DNA of 48,952 bases, the filler included, from Sphacelaria rigidula (Eukaryota), in NCBI GenBank assembly GCA_964200075.2. It is 3 parts of 3 records of this genome, joined end to end, with 100 filler letters (N's around TTAATTAATTAA, not from the genome) between each part and the next. Parts side by side here need not be neighbours in the genome. Positions count along the whole stretch, not along the records: positions 1 to 16,252 come from CAXNAA020001426.1; positions 16,353 to 32,602 come from CAXNAA020001427.1; 1 more part is not named here. One strand, 5' to 3'. Positions 13,141 to 25,626 of the stretch are shown here, piece by piece; the first letter of the stretch is position 1, and the number at the start of each line of letters is the position of its first letter. Position numbers and translations under genes: made by a program. Below the pieces are notes generated by a model. It saw only the letters and a list, made by a program, of their open reading frames with translations, ran no database searches and was not told the origin of the DNA.

Positions 13141-13379
13141 CTGACCGTTCCCTGGCCAGTGGTAACCATGTTCACCATCGGCGGGTCCGCCGGGTAGTTC
13201 TGCGGCAGGAAAACGTCGAACACAAACAGCCCACACTCGTAAGGGGTGTCTCGGGGGCCAGAAATGACGAAGCGACAGAAGCTCAGGGCCTCTTCGTCCA
13301 CCACCGCGAAAACGGCCGAGTCCGGGTGGGGGGGTCTCGGGAGCATCTTGGGGAGCTTCCGCATGAGTTCGGTGGCCAC
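13141..13379 (-). CDS. E2 ubiquitin-conjugating enzyme (BIRC6/UBE2Z/UBE2O-like UBC domain), exon A (upstream exons not located)
   Basis: Encodes VATELMRKLPK...SAVFAVVDEEALSFCRFVISGPRDTPYECGLFVFDVFLPQNYPADPPMVNMVTTGQGTV, which contains the UBC motifs 'GP.DTPY..G.F.FD...P..YP..PP' and 'TTG.G.VR'. Acceptor is CAG|GTG (AG at 13381-13380) and donor is AG|GTACGT at 13140. Confidence 0.93.
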
Positions 13380-13589
13380 CTGTTGGGAGGTTGGGGGGCA
13401 AACGTAACGCTTGTGAGACGGCAGGTTACAGAGAAGAATGGGGCGATACAGTTCGATACCGTCGAACGGAGTGACCTTCATGTCCCATTCGGCTGGCCAA
13501 GTAGTTGTTTCAACACGAATATCATAAACCATATGTGTGTGTTTGTGTGTGTGGGTATTGATTTTCTGCTTGCCTTAGTCGTTTGACCA

Positions 13590-16160
13590 TTGACCATGTA
13601 TCCCTGTTGAGACAGAGCACCGTTCCTACTCCTAATAGAGCCACCTTCAACATTCCGGTGCTCATTGCGTTCCTTCCATACATCACATGAAATTTTTACA
13701 TATGTTATCCCTGTCCTGTTTCGCCGTCTGTGGCCATCACCTATCTCGTAGTATAACAATCGTTTTCTCTATACTGCCCAATGTATCAAACGATTCCATG
13801 CTACCTTCGTTCACGTCCCGCATTTCCCCCTCTCTCACGTCCCGTTGCTCCTTGTATAGTTCATATTCTACCACTATATGACTTCTGCTCTCTATTGCTT
13901 TGCACAGGGGCAGTTATGTGCATCTGCTTCCTCCTCCACACGACCACTGGTGTATTTCTGTCTTCTTTCTGGCAGGCCCAGCTCCTCCACCCAAACTCGC
14001 AATTTCACTTTTTTCGCCGCGTTCATTTGGCAATGCAGATATCTTTTCATCTATATCCTCTATGTCAACCCCCCGTATATCTCCAGGTGTTCTTCCTCGT
14101 CTACTTTACGTCTCAGCGCTCCTTTTCCCCTTGTTTCTATCATGTCTCTTACTTTTGTTTTGTACCCCGCGCCTTCACCTATGGACAGTATTTCGTCTTG
14201 GTTTCCTCCGATCTCCTTCCATGCTTTCTCGACTTCTTAATATCACCTTACTACAGCCTTCCCTTTCGTACTTTTCTTTCATACAGCCCTAGTAAGCACA
14301 GTTGACAATCTCTTCCTCTGCATGTGCTTTACGCTATATTGCCACCTCAATTTCCTCATGTCTAAGCTTTAAGGGAATACATTCCCAACCCTGCTCTCAA
14401 TACTGTATTACTCGTCGCTTTCGAGCATCCCAGTATCTTCTTAGCTGCTGCCATCTGTACTGTTTCCAACTTCTTCGCCAACTTCACGTTCTCCTCCCAT
14501 ACTCTTCCTGCATATTCCAGCTTTGGTACGATCACGTTCATCAGGATACATCTATCAATCCTAGTGTCTAGGTACGAATCACTGAGGACCACGTCCATCC
14601 TTCCTATCCATGCCTGACCCTTTGCTATTACTTTATTTATCTGTGCATCCCAAGACCAGTTTCTTGACATCTCGACGCCAAGGTATGTATATTGGTGTAC
14701 GACCGGCAGTTCCTCTTACCTCCACTTCCATTGAAACTTTACCGGATTTTTCTTATCTTCGTTCCATACGAGCACCGCGCATTTGTTAACGTTCGTTGTT
14801 ACTTTCCATACCTTAGTGTATTCTAGAGCCTTTTTGTTTGTTTTTGCAATCCTTGTGTTATTCCTAGAATTCCCACAAAATCATCCGCGAACATCAATCC
14901 TGATACCATATCTTCAGCCACCTTGACCCCTTGCTTTGCTGCTTCTACAGTATTGCTATCATCAAGTCATTAATAAATACCTTGAACAAAGTGGATGATA
15001 ACGCACATCCTTGTGCAACTCCTTGTAAGATATATCGAAATATTTCGATATTTCGCCGTCTAGCATCATGTCATTTTTGGCACTTTCTGTCATCTTCTTT
15101 ACCATTCTCCACACCTTTTCTTTGATCCCCGTTTCCCACAACTTTTTCCACAGCCCATTTCTTCATACTGTGCCTTGGGTCTTTTGCACGCCCAGAAAGA
15201 AACAGCGCGTTGTCAGCCCCGGGTCTTTCCTACCTTGAATAATCTCACCTAGTGTCTATACATGGTCTACGCAACTACGGCTTAGCCTGAAACCTGCTTG
15301 TCCCCCGCTGTTCTTTCGTCCTTCTCTAGCATAGTTCCTACTCTGTCATTCATAATCGGGCGGTGCTACGATAGGTGTTACACTTTTTGTTTCTGGGTCT
15401 TGTTTTTGTAGGAGCCCACATATATGGGGCTTACTGTGGAACCCAAATTTCGGGGGACAGGACATGAAGATGCACACAGGGGCCTTTTCGTGAATCGGCA
15501 TCATTTTCAGTCTTTTTCATGTGAAGATAATGCCGATTCTCGAAATGATGCTTGCAACACCGTGAGAAACATTTTCGCTCATAAAGGGCAACCCTATCGT
15601 AGCATCACTCAATCTTACAGAACGTTTTCCCTACCGTGCTCAGTAGCGTTATCCCCCTGTAGTTCCCTGGGTCAGCCTTGTCTCTTTTTTTGAAAAGATT
15701 GATGATCACTCCTTCTCTCTACGTCTTGGGTGTGTACTCGCTTTCCCATATCCAATTATATAGCGTCATCACCATGGCAACATCATTCCTTTCCCCCTGT
15801 ACTTCAAAAACTTATTCACTATTCCGTCTGCCCCTGCTGCCTTTTAGTTCTTGAGTTTAGTCACGCACTCCTTCACTTCATCTCTGGTGGATTCTCTCTG
15901 CAATTATTTCGAGCCACTATCCTCCCGTTTCCATGTCTCAATATTTGCTCACGCCCGCTCATTTATGTCGTTTCCGAATTCCTTGTTGAGCTTCGTGTTA
16001 GTTTCTGGTGTTCCTAGTCTACGGTAGTGCTCGACTAGCACTCTTCTCTTCCCCTTCGAACTACTGACCTTTCTATCATTATGTGCCCGTAGTGTGGTTA
16101 TCCCGTTGTCTGTCTTTCTTGCCTGGTTTCCCATAACCCCTCTTATCGCTGCCGATATTT
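13590..16160 (-). mobile_element. Decayed non-LTR retrotransposon (LINE) reverse transcriptase region
   Basis: Frameshifted RT motifs are present: GKAAGADG..SE, LSTVGKTFCKIMNDRV, QAGFR..RSCVDH, GVAQGCALSSTLFKVFIND, VSGLMFADDFVG (about 14905-14870), YTYLGVE and LETVQMAAAKKILG. Confidence 0.92.
15358..15610. mobile_element. Sola2-type MITE inserted in the LINE
   Basis: TIRs are GGGCGGTGCTACGATAGG and GAGTGATGCTACGATAGG (GRG termini), with a 4-bp TSD AATC (15354-57, 15611-14). Excision restores the in-frame LINE peptide GKTFCKIMNDRV. Confidence 0.8.
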
Positions 16161-16179
16161 GTTTCATCCCGCCATCGAT

Positions 16180-16252
16180 GGGGGGGGGTGTACTAATGAT
16201 CATGCATGCCATAGTCATGAGACCATTGACTTCGCATCCCTACAAAGCCGGG
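16180..16252 (-). mobile_element. Poly-C-targeting retroposon-like repeat, 3' end (runs into gap)
   Basis: Reverse complement of the family 3' end (...CATGATCATTAGTACA) abutting a G9 tract. Confidence 0.75.
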
Positions 16253-16352
16253 NNNNNNNNNNNNNNNNNNNNNNNNNNNNNNNNNNNNNNNNNNNNTTAA
16301 TTAATTAANNNNNNNNNNNNNNNNNNNNNNNNNNNNNNNNNNNNNNNNNNNN
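16253..16352. other. Assembly gap with TTAATTAATTAA linker
   Basis: N runs flank an artificial all-frame stop linker. Confidence 0.97.
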
Positions 16353-16496
16353 GACTCGCCTGACACACCACGGCGCTTCGCGCTTGGTGATCGATTGCGA
16401 ACCTGGTCCGGCGAAAACCCGGCGTGCTCCGTCCCGGCTTTGCAGGGATGCGAGGTCACTGGTCTTGCTACTGCAGCATGCAAGATCATGAGTACA
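16353..16496 (+). mobile_element. Poly-C-targeting retroposon-like repeat, 3' end
   Basis: cccggcgtgctccgtcccggctttgcagggatgcgaggtc...gatcatgagtaca followed by C6. Confidence 0.75.
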
Positions 16497-17146
16497 CCCC
16501 CCAGAAAATTGACTGGCTTGCGGAGGCCGAGCATACCGAGCAGCTGGGTGTCCCATGCTTGGGGTCGGTTTCACCGATATCGCCCATATGAAGCGCTTCA
16601 CGCATTGTGAATTAAATGCGATGTATGGACATTTTTTTCGTGATCGTTTCGAGGCTAGTGTTGGCAAGGGCTATCGCGGCACCACTCGATGACGATAATT
16701 GGCGCGCAGAGGTAGACGCTCTGTCAAGCAACATATACAAGTTGGCGTTCATGGATATCTAGTGCAGTTTACACCCACAAGGTCGTCGCCATGTGTGTGT
16801 GTGATGATGCATGTACCAGATATTCCAGCAAGCAATCACGTTTATTGTTGTTCCTTTACCTGTTTGCTCGTTAGTTATATTTCGACTTTTGGGATTTTTT
16901 TCCTGTGTTGTTATCGTTGTTCGCTTCGTTTTGCTTGTATTTTCCCTCGTTTTGTTATGGTTATTTTCCATCTAGTGTTTTCTCTCTTCCCCCTTCCCTC
17001 ATTTTTTTCTTTTTTATTGTTTCCTCGCTTGATCTATTTTTCTTTTCTCGCCTCATTTCGTTCGTATTTTCCCGTTTTTTTGTTGTTATTTCACCTCGTT
17101 GTGCTTGTCTTCTCCCATGTGTTTTATCACCCCCCCAACCCCCGCT

Positions 17147-17190
17147 AGGTCAATGGTCTTATGACTATGGCATGCATGATCATGAGTACA
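17147..17190 (+). mobile_element. 44-bp 5'-truncated copy of the same family with 13-bp TSD
   Basis: Flanked by identical CCCAACCCCCGCT at 17134-17146 and 17191-17203. Confidence 0.85.
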
Positions 17191-18055
17191 CCCAACCCCC
17201 GCTCATCCCCCCCCCCCCTTCCCGCCCTGTTTTCCTCCGTTCTGTTTTCAAGGTGCGCATGGTATCTTTGCTACTTTTAGCCTCCATGGTTTTGAAGACC
17301 ACATCCGGATTGGGAAAAATCCAGTCTAGAGCATCCAAGGTCGTTGTCGATCCGCCCAGGTTCGTTTCTGTTGACCCATATAATCAATATCACACCAGTT
17401 CCAACTGTTCAGACCCGTGGTCAGTACTGTAGTAGTTGACGCGAGTAGTTACCCCCTGAGCGCGAAACTCGGGCGAAGACGTGTGGTTTCGTGGGATCTT
17501 TTGTGTCTGAAACGTCTACAAATACAGAGTATTTTTGTAATGTACTTCACAGTGCATTGCTCGCAGGAGTACTCGGAACGGGCTGATTTATCTTTTACGT
17601 AATACAGTGCTGAAGCTATGATAAGGGGCTGTCGGGATTTGCTCCGACGCCGGCAACAAATCATCTATACTCCGTATATATATTTACAAAAGTGAGTCAA
17701 AATGTACCCAATTTTGGCCCATTTGTGTATACCTTGAATATATATACATGAATGCTTTTACTTCCTAGTATCACGTTTCTCGCAGATCTTGACGGGAGTT
17801 ATTTGTGCTTTCACCTCCTGCGAAGTGTGGGGATAGATGAAGATCTACTTTACGATGAAAGTGGGACTTCTTTCCTTTTGAACCAACCGAATCAGTCAGT
17901 GACTCAGTGACTCAGTGAGCCAATCCTTGGAGTTGGAAGTTGGCTTAATTGAGTGTCATGTATGTCCACGCAAAGGTTCGTAACGTTGTGTGTTTTGAAT
18001 TTTGCGATAACTCCTTGATCCATTGATTGATCGTTGCACATTTTCTGATATTCAA

Positions 18056-18440
18056 GGGACCTAGCCGTGGTCATTGTCCACAAAATAGACGTACCCCCAA
18101 GGTAAACAAAAACGGAAACGTTCGCTCAAGAAAGTTAAGCGTGGGTAGGAGTAAAAGATGAAAAAAACCGAAAAAAACGAGAAACCAACAAAACGAGTGA
18201 TAACCGAAGCAAACCCAAGCAGAGTAGGAGAATGGCAAAAACAAGAAAAGAAGAAAACGGTCTCGATTATAACTAGATGAGTAACTGACGAACAAAACCT
18301 AGAAATGGCCGGTCCCTGTAGCATGACTTTAGATGGGGGGAAACTAAGGCCGTGCGCAAAAACAAAAAATTACCCATACATGAAACAAAAAAGCCGTGGG
18401 AGAAGATTGCCGCTCAGCTATTGTGGACCATACTCCTGCT
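18056..18440 (+). repeat. Degenerate dispersed repeat family (other copies about 18781-18910 +, 20380-20655 -, 29640-29900 +)
   Basis: Shared head GGGAYC(C/T)AGCCGTGGTC...GACGTAC...AAGGT...GAAAC..TCGCT(G/C)AAGAAA. Shared distal motif GAAACAAAAAAGCCGTGGGA..A.ATTGC.GCTCAGCTATT (18381-18423 vs reverse of about 20399-20440). Confidence 0.65.
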
Positions 18441-19539
18441 TTCAAGAAAAAAAATAGTAATGGTAGTCGTAGGGTTGATCTTCGTGCTTTGCCCATTTTT
18501 TGTACGTTGCAGATGAAGCGGTTTAAAACGAATTTGATTTGCACCGAATTCGTATGCGCTTGAAGAGCTGCCGTCGAGCATTTTTTTTGTTTTTTTTTCC
18601 TCTTCCCCCATCTCCGAATTTTTCGTATAGAAGTGGATTTGATAATGAAGTAAACGCGGATGGACCATCGTTTTGGATGGAAGCGGAATACTTGCTTGTG
18701 TAGGAAGTATCCGACAGGGACCCTCGAGGTATTCTACCGCTGGTTTGATTGACTTTATCGTCGCGCTTTAACTGACCCCCCAGGGATCCAGCCGTGGTCC
18801 CATGATAGACGTACGGGAGACAAGACAAAACTGAAACACTCGCTGAAGAAAAGAAAAAAAAGGTAGAACAGAACAACATGGTACACTAAGACATGAGAAG
18901 AAAATCAAGAAATATGAAGAAGAGACCGCCGCGCACGACGACCTCTATGTATGATATGCTGAGCATGTATTGTTTCCAAACCTGACGTGATTCGTAGTAC
19001 TAGGGCGCGACAAGTCTCTTCCTCACTGTGAACGAACTTGCACCTACAATTTCCAGTACGTGTCTCGTATCGAAATCCCACGTGTTCCGATCCGATCTCA
19101 AAACTCTTTCGTAAATTGTATGACTCTCGTTCACCATTTTATTCAGTGTACGTCGCTTCTTGTGTGTTAATCTTGCATGCTTTTACGCCTTGATACTAAT
19201 GCACGGAATGTTGTCTACAAATCGCGTTCCCCGGGTGTAGTATTACGGTCCCCCGTTTCGAGTAATGGATGTTTTTTCAGTCATCATTTAGCTTTCACGT
19301 AGCTGGTCATGATGTCAACATAAACAACAAATACTTTCATCCCCGAGTAAACCGCACGCCGTAGGACACAACACTTGTTCGTCCCCTTCCTATCACCGGC
19401 CCCTAAATGAGTTTGTCACTTTGGAATTATTTTGTGTCATTTCGGAATACTTTTGACAGCTTCGCGGCAGGGAAGCACAACTGGGTAGCCGCCCCGTCGC
19501 GATGGGATCCGCACTACTGTGTTGTGTGCGATACCGCAA

Positions 19540-20250
19540 TCGCTTGGGTCTCCGACCCTGGTGTCAAGTGCACGGTGAGTCCGGGCTTTCGGAACAGTTT
19601 TGTTAGAGTAATATCTCGCGACCTGTGTTTGGCGTCCCAGTATAGGCTGGTACTGAATGTATACTTTTATTTGGTGTCGATGGTGTGTTTGACGCTTTTG
19701 CCCTGTGAATCCATATTTCGGAACTATTGTTAAGCATGCTTTCTCGCAAGCTTTTCTGTGGCGTGTTCTGATATAAGTAGCGAAATAGTCTAGGTGTCCG
19801 ACGGTGTGTTCGGGGTGTTATGTACCGTGACTCCGGATTTCGGAACAACTATCAAGCATTTTCATCTCGTAGTATTGTAGGTGTATGGCATACTGATGAA
19901 GGTAGTATCGCAGTCTCCCTGGGTAACGATGGTGTGTTCGGCGTTCACGATACATGGCTATGTTGCGGAATATTATTTATCAGGCACGCCGTGTCTTCAC
20001 TTGTGTGTCCATGCTGTAATGTTGATATACAGTAGGCTCAAAAGGTATGACGATGATTGCGTTCGGCTTTTATGCTCGGTGGAGTCCGGGGTTCGGAACA
20101 GTTGTTTCGCATATGACATTTCGGCAGGTGCGGCCTTTCGGCTTACCGATACCACATAGTACAGCACGGTAGTCTAGACGTTTAATGAGTGCGTCTGGCG
20201 CTTGTGCTCTGTGAATCCAGATTTCAGTACGGTTATCAAGCACGGTGTCT
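19540..20250 (+). repeat. Diverged ~127-bp tandem minisatellite (about 6 units)
   Basis: A core resembling GTGA(A/G/C)TCC.GATTTCGGAAC recurs at about 19575, 19706, 19827, (19954), 20079 and 20211. Confidence 0.7.
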
Positions 20251-20816
20251 CTCGACTTCTGGTCACTCTTTTTTCCCTGTCGCACTCTTGACCACTCCTC
20301 GTAGCCGGTTGGAGTCCCTAGTCTGAGGGGATCGACCCATATTTACTCCGATATTTCGCGTCATAGTTGAGGGATCATATCCAAAATAGTGTGGCCGAAA
20401 TAGCTGAGCTGCAATTTGTTCCCACGGCTTTTTTTGTTTCAGTTTAGATATGAGTTCGTATTGTAAAAGGCCTTTTTCGCCCCAAGCCATGTTGCAGAGG
20501 CCGACCATTTCTATTTCGTTTAGCTCTCTCTTTTCACTCTTTTTTTTCAGTCCTTACTCTGTTTTATCTGTTGTACATTTCTGTTTCATTCACTTTTCTT
20601 CAGCGAGTGTTTCCGTCTTGTTCACCTTGCGTACGACCACGCCTGGGTCATGACTACCTCGGGGATCAGAAAATGTGTGACGAATCTGATCGAACCGTTT
20701 TCGCATCGCATATTGGATCAGTCTTCCCGCACTGTGTCGCCTCTAGCCAAATGAAGTAATCTGTGGGTTTCATCACATGAAGGGGGAAAATTCCCACGAG
20801 TGAACGTCGAGGAATC

Positions 20817-21226
20817 CAAAGTTTTGTTTGATAGGGTATGGTTTTTCGTTTATTCGGGGTATTTACCGTACCCGACATTTTCATCTCGGTACCCGACAGT
20901 TATGTAAACTCTGTAAGACTTTCATACCCTTACCCGAATTTTCTGTGAGTTCCGTGAGCCTCCCGTACCGTTACCGGGGGGTACGGGTATGTTCTTCATA
21001 AGATACCCGGTTGCAGGTACGGTTTTCTGAGCAGCCTCCACACCCTGCGCGACAGATAGGTGCGCTGGTATACCCTTGGAGAGATACCTGATCGCCGGTA
21101 CAGCTTTCTGTAAGCCTCGCATACCGTACGCGACAAGTTCTGTAATTTCTGTAAGACTTCCATACCGGTACCCGATATTTCTGTAAGTTCTGTAAGGAAT
21201 CCCATACCCTACAGAACACAACCTCG
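20817..21226. mobile_element. hAT-type non-autonomous element
   Basis: Perfect 8-bp TSD GAGGAATC (20809-16, 21227-34). TIRs of 25 bp are CAAAGTTTTGTTTGATAGGGTATGG and CGAGGTTGTGTTCTGTAGGGTATGG. Internal TACCCG and TCTGTAAG subrepeats. Confidence 0.85.
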
Positions 21227-22013
21227 GAGGAATCACCTTGTCACACTTCCCCATATTTTCAACGACAGAGATCAGCTTATTCTCAGAATCAAATCGTAGA
21301 TGTCGGGATTCGCACCCTCAACGCCCCACCCTTAACCTACTTGAGATGCACCAGTTAGACGACCGGGGCGCGGTTGCTGTCGTTGTGGATAGTATAGTAG
21401 TCTGTCTAGACGGTCTATGGTGTACTGGTGTTCACCAACATGCCCTCCTCAAGACATACGTGCTTTGATACGGGACCACCAACTCTACTTGTTTGGGGTC
21501 ATGCTCCAACGGAGTATGTTTCATCTTGTGCTTGCTCATTGTTTTGTTTGTCCGGCTCTGAACAGACTTGCGGATCTTATGCACATGTGGGCTGCAGCAA
21601 GCGGGCACACAAGGAGGGGCTGATGTGTAAGGCGCTATGCAGGGCCGATGTCGAGACTGCTCATAAGAGACTCCACTTCCCACTGGTGCGTTATTTCGGG
21701 GTCATACTCCAAACGTGCGGTGGCGACGGCCTCACGTTCCCTTTCCCTTGAACTGTTTCATTAATCCATCACCATAAATGTTATGATTGATATTGATACC
21801 ATTTTTATTCTATGAGTAGTAGTAAGAGTAGTGGTAAGGTTACCACTACTACTACGATCATTTTAATGTATGTTTTTTGCTGTTTTTTTCGCTCTTTCCT
21901 CGCTTTGCCTTTATTTATCATGTACATTCTTTCCTGACGGCTCTTCGCTTTTCCTGGGCATAGCGTCGCCCGAGTTTTTTACACCCGACACTTTCTGCTG
22001 ACCGGTATCTTAA

Positions 22014-22113
22014 CCCTTTGACCGGGACGGTAGGCCACCTGCTGAATCGGCATCAATTTCATTTGAAAAAAGTATTGTGATCCAGATGGACTACTCGCAT
22101 CGCCGTCCAAGGT
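22014..22113. mobile_element. piggyBac-type MITE
   Basis: TTAA|CCCTTTGACCG...CGTCCAAGGT|TTAA. Same family as the 33889-34363 cluster. Confidence 0.75.
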
Positions 22114-23349
22114 TTAAGTCACTGCGCGGGAGCAAAGCCTTTGCAGTTCGTTGCTGAGGTGCTGTATCCTCGACCGGAAGAGTAACGTCTGAATGCGTCT
22201 GTACCTCGGGATCTTGTGTCCTTCCATTGGCATGAATTGACAAGGCGAATGCGATTTAAAAAAACATTTTTTTTTTCTAGACTTCGATTTCTCGTCATAC
22301 TTTGAACTTACCCTCTTGCTCAAGACGAGTCGCTAGTCACAGATCAACCCATCTCTCCTCGGTACCTAACCTACTTGCCTGACATCTTGGTGTGGAGGAT
22401 TGGATCATGACCATGAGCACTCCCTTATCGCGTCGAAACGCGTCGAATTTTCATCCGCATCACACGTACATCCTCACGTCTGCAGCACACACTCACACAC
22501 ACACACACGTCTGCCGATTCCAGCCCCTACCGTATACCACCTGACCAGGCGCATGAATCCCTCAAACGTTATCTCAAATACAGGAGGTGAGCATACGCAG
22601 ATATGCTACAATATATCAAGGACTTCTGCCGCCCCAGAACGAGTGATGGCAGTTCGCACTATTATAGCATGCATGGACTTATGATCGCAATTATTTTGAG
22701 TTCTCGACTCTAATGGAGAGAATTGTGCCGTTCTGAAGCAATAACACGTGATGATAGTCCACATCAGGATGCATGGTTGATCCTTTTGAGGGCCCAGTCT
22801 TTATCTTCCGAGAATTTACTCAGAAAATCTCGCAACTTTTCGGAATTTTGTTTTGGAGAGGGTGGGGTGGTATAAGGACATGGCACGCTTGGCAGGAGTG
22901 TTGGTTGCGAAATGACACACCGTGGACAATATATTACGTTGTTAGAAAGTGTACTGTATATAGTGTAGGATATTTTGTCTATTGCAGTAGACGTGATAGT
23001 CGATACTGGACGCTGTACACCTTCTGACAACGGAATCCATTGTCCAGGGTGTGCAAAATAACATTTTTATAGCCAATGACCTTTTGCCATAGTTTTTTTA
23101 TGGAGGAGAATATGCCCATTTTTTTGTGCGTGTCTATGCGTCTGCGTCTGTTCATGCACATCATGCTGCCGTCTGTGCTGACACACGTCTTCGTATACCG
23201 CACCAGGAACAATAGCCAACATCAGCGAAAAATGTACTGCGTGTAGTATCCAGTATCACGTACTTGGTAAATTGACGAGTAGATCCGGTACGGTACGCAG
23301 TGCCAATCTATTGTCATTGTCCAGTTTTTTTTCTTCTTTCCTTGAAGGA

Positions 23350-23520
23350 TGGAGGAACCCTGACCCTAAAACCCTGACCCTCACCCCAACGAAGGCATAC
23401 CGAGAACCCTCGGGTTAGGGGAGTGCAAAGTGTTCCCTAGGCAGCGTGTGCGTTGCCACACCTCAAGTCGGCGCATGCGGCGCCGGTTTCGACGCGTTCT
23501 GCGCACGCTAGGAGCACAGC
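23350..23520 (+). mobile_element. Degenerate partial copy of the telomere-repeat hAT MITE
   Basis: accctgaccctaaaaccctgaccctcaccccaac...gcataccgagaaccctcgg...gtgcaaagtgt matches about 25680-25800. Confidence 0.65.
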
Positions 23521-24052
23521 CCCCATCGAAGATGCGGCTTTCGGTGTCCACACTAAAAACAAGTCTAAAATTACATGCTTACCAAGTGGTAAAGTCTACT
23601 GGTATTGGTTGACATGTTAACCCATACCGAAATGTGCAGCGAGCATTCCGGTGTTGTTGAGAAAGGTATGGAGCCCTGTTCTGAACACTCCGGTATGGTC
23701 CAAAAGCGTATTCATTTACCGATAGAGGATCTATTTCATACTTCCGTAAATGCCCGAATTTCAGCCGGTGTGCCCTACAGACAACAACATTTGAAATGTT
23801 CGCTCGATGAACAAGTCCGTGCAGGCGTTATCTGTCCGCCAAAAAAAATTCTCTGAATGTGGAGAGCTTTCTCTTGACGTTCTCCGAGTTCCGTGATTCC
23901 GGTCCTGTAATCGAGAGTCATGCATCATGAGGATCATTCCCCACGACCAACGGCTTGCTCGAAATTGCAAAACGAGTAAAAATTCGCGCACGATGCCCCC
24001 CCCAATGAGTACGCCCCCCCCCCTCCTCCCTATGCTCCGTCTCGAAAGGGAT

Positions 24053-24591
24053 CGCAGTTAGGACGAATAAAATCGTGATTCAACTCATGTTCATCATTCC
24101 AACGAATAAATCATACGATCCGTATCATTTGTAATTTACACAGGTTTTGAGCTCGTGACTCGTGCAGTGCACCGTTAAAGGTACTTGTTTCCCACCTCCC
24201 GTTCATGCGGGGTAAATCATGGGCACATATTTATTCCCTGTAGTTCATGTGGAATGAATCGATTGTACATGCCACGAACTCTTTATTTCATGAAGCGTGA
24301 ATGACATGTAAATCAATAACATGTGTGATCCGTGCGAGGTGAGCGCCCGTTTATTTTTTCCCCACCGTCGGGTTCATGCGGGACGATGAGTCGGCACATT
24401 GTTGAATCCTCTCATTGCATGGGCCTTGAATCGCGCGTGTACTTTTGTTCCATCTGTAATGCGCCAGAGATGACTCCACTGCATATGTTATCCACCCTCG
24501 GGTTCATGCGGGACCAACAGTCGGCATATGGTTGAATCCTGTCATTTCATGGGGAGTCAACTCATATGAACTCTGATTCGTCCTAACCGTG
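24053..24591. mobile_element. hAT-type MITE
   Basis: TIRs are CGCAGTTAGGACGAAT and CACGGTTAGGACGAAT. TSD is AAAGGGAT / AGAGGGAT (7/8 match). GTTCATGCGGG occurs three times internally. Confidence 0.75.
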
Positions 24592-25626
24592 AGAGGGATG
24601 CGTGGTCAATGGTCGAACGACGGAAGCAAGCAATAAATTAGTACACCCCCCTCCTCCTACCCGCGAAGCCTGCCTGGTGCGCGTCTAAGCGTCTCAATTG
24701 GGACCCTGTGGGCTTACTGTGGGTATACTTTGTTCAGATAAGGCAAATCAATCGGTCCATCGTAGGACCTCTGACGTAACCTCCATTTCCTCCCGAGTAC
24801 CAGCTTTGTAGTGACTGCAAGTGTAGTAGGACCGATGTCAAGCGAGCACTCGCCCACGTCCATGTGTCCGGGGTTATTCCGACATTTCTCCTCTCCCCTG
24901 AAGGATTAATCTGATGTCTTCGTTCGTTTTTGCTGTATTTTTTTTTTAATCGTGAGGGTTAGATTTAGGTTGGACTCAAAAAGGATGGGTGTATGATGAT
25001 ATTTATTTGAAGTATGGAGGATGATATACCGTCATGTTAGGGGTATGGAAATGATGACACCGATCATTTTCCACACGTCGTGGTTGCATAGTACAGTAGG
25101 GGGACCAATATGGATGATGGCACATACGGACAAGGTAGCCTTATTGCTGGTAGGTACACTGGTTAACAAAAAACAGGCTCTTATGTAAGATGACCTATAT
25201 ATCAAGAATTAGCGATCCATGTAATATGTGCCGTGGGGCTGGGAACCACCACACTTTTAAGACAGACACACGTACCGTTACCTTTTTACCTTCTTGTGTC
25301 TTACAGTAGCTATGTATTCTCCTCATTTCCTGTGAAAAAAGACGACAACAAAACATTTGGTATCGATGCGTGTGTTGCCGCATGTCATACTCCAGGAAGA
25401 AGAAGAACCAGAGGATGCTTGTTTGGTGGAGCCAGACTTGGACATCAAGCCCCCGCCGGTCATGAGGCATCAGTGGATAAGAGGAAGCATCGACGGTGCA
25501 CAGGCAAGGGAGGAAAAAACAAAAAGCTGAAGCGGAACAGAACAAGCACAAACGACAAAAGCGAAGATAAAGTTGGAAATTTTGATGCAACATCTCTGTT
25601 CCTTGAACTAACCCTCCTATTTTTGG

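Noticed and set aside
13781-14571. Long plus-strand ORFs
   Set aside because: They are antisense shadows of the decayed LINE.
16297-16308. TTAATTAATTAA palindrome (also 32647-32658)
   Set aside because: It is embedded in N runs and identical at both gaps, so it is an artificial scaffolding linker.
16180-16502. Apparent TIR pair forming a DNA transposon
   Set aside because: The two ends are separated by an assembly gap and have no shared TSD. Other copies behave as single-ended, 5'-truncated insertions.
16699-17432. Phe/Leu-rich 'membrane protein' ORFs
   Set aside because: They arise from T-rich low-complexity sequence and a repeat insertion.
19540-20250. CRISPR array
   Set aside because: The repeats are degenerate, the intervals are related to one another and too long, there are no cas genes, and the context is eukaryotic.
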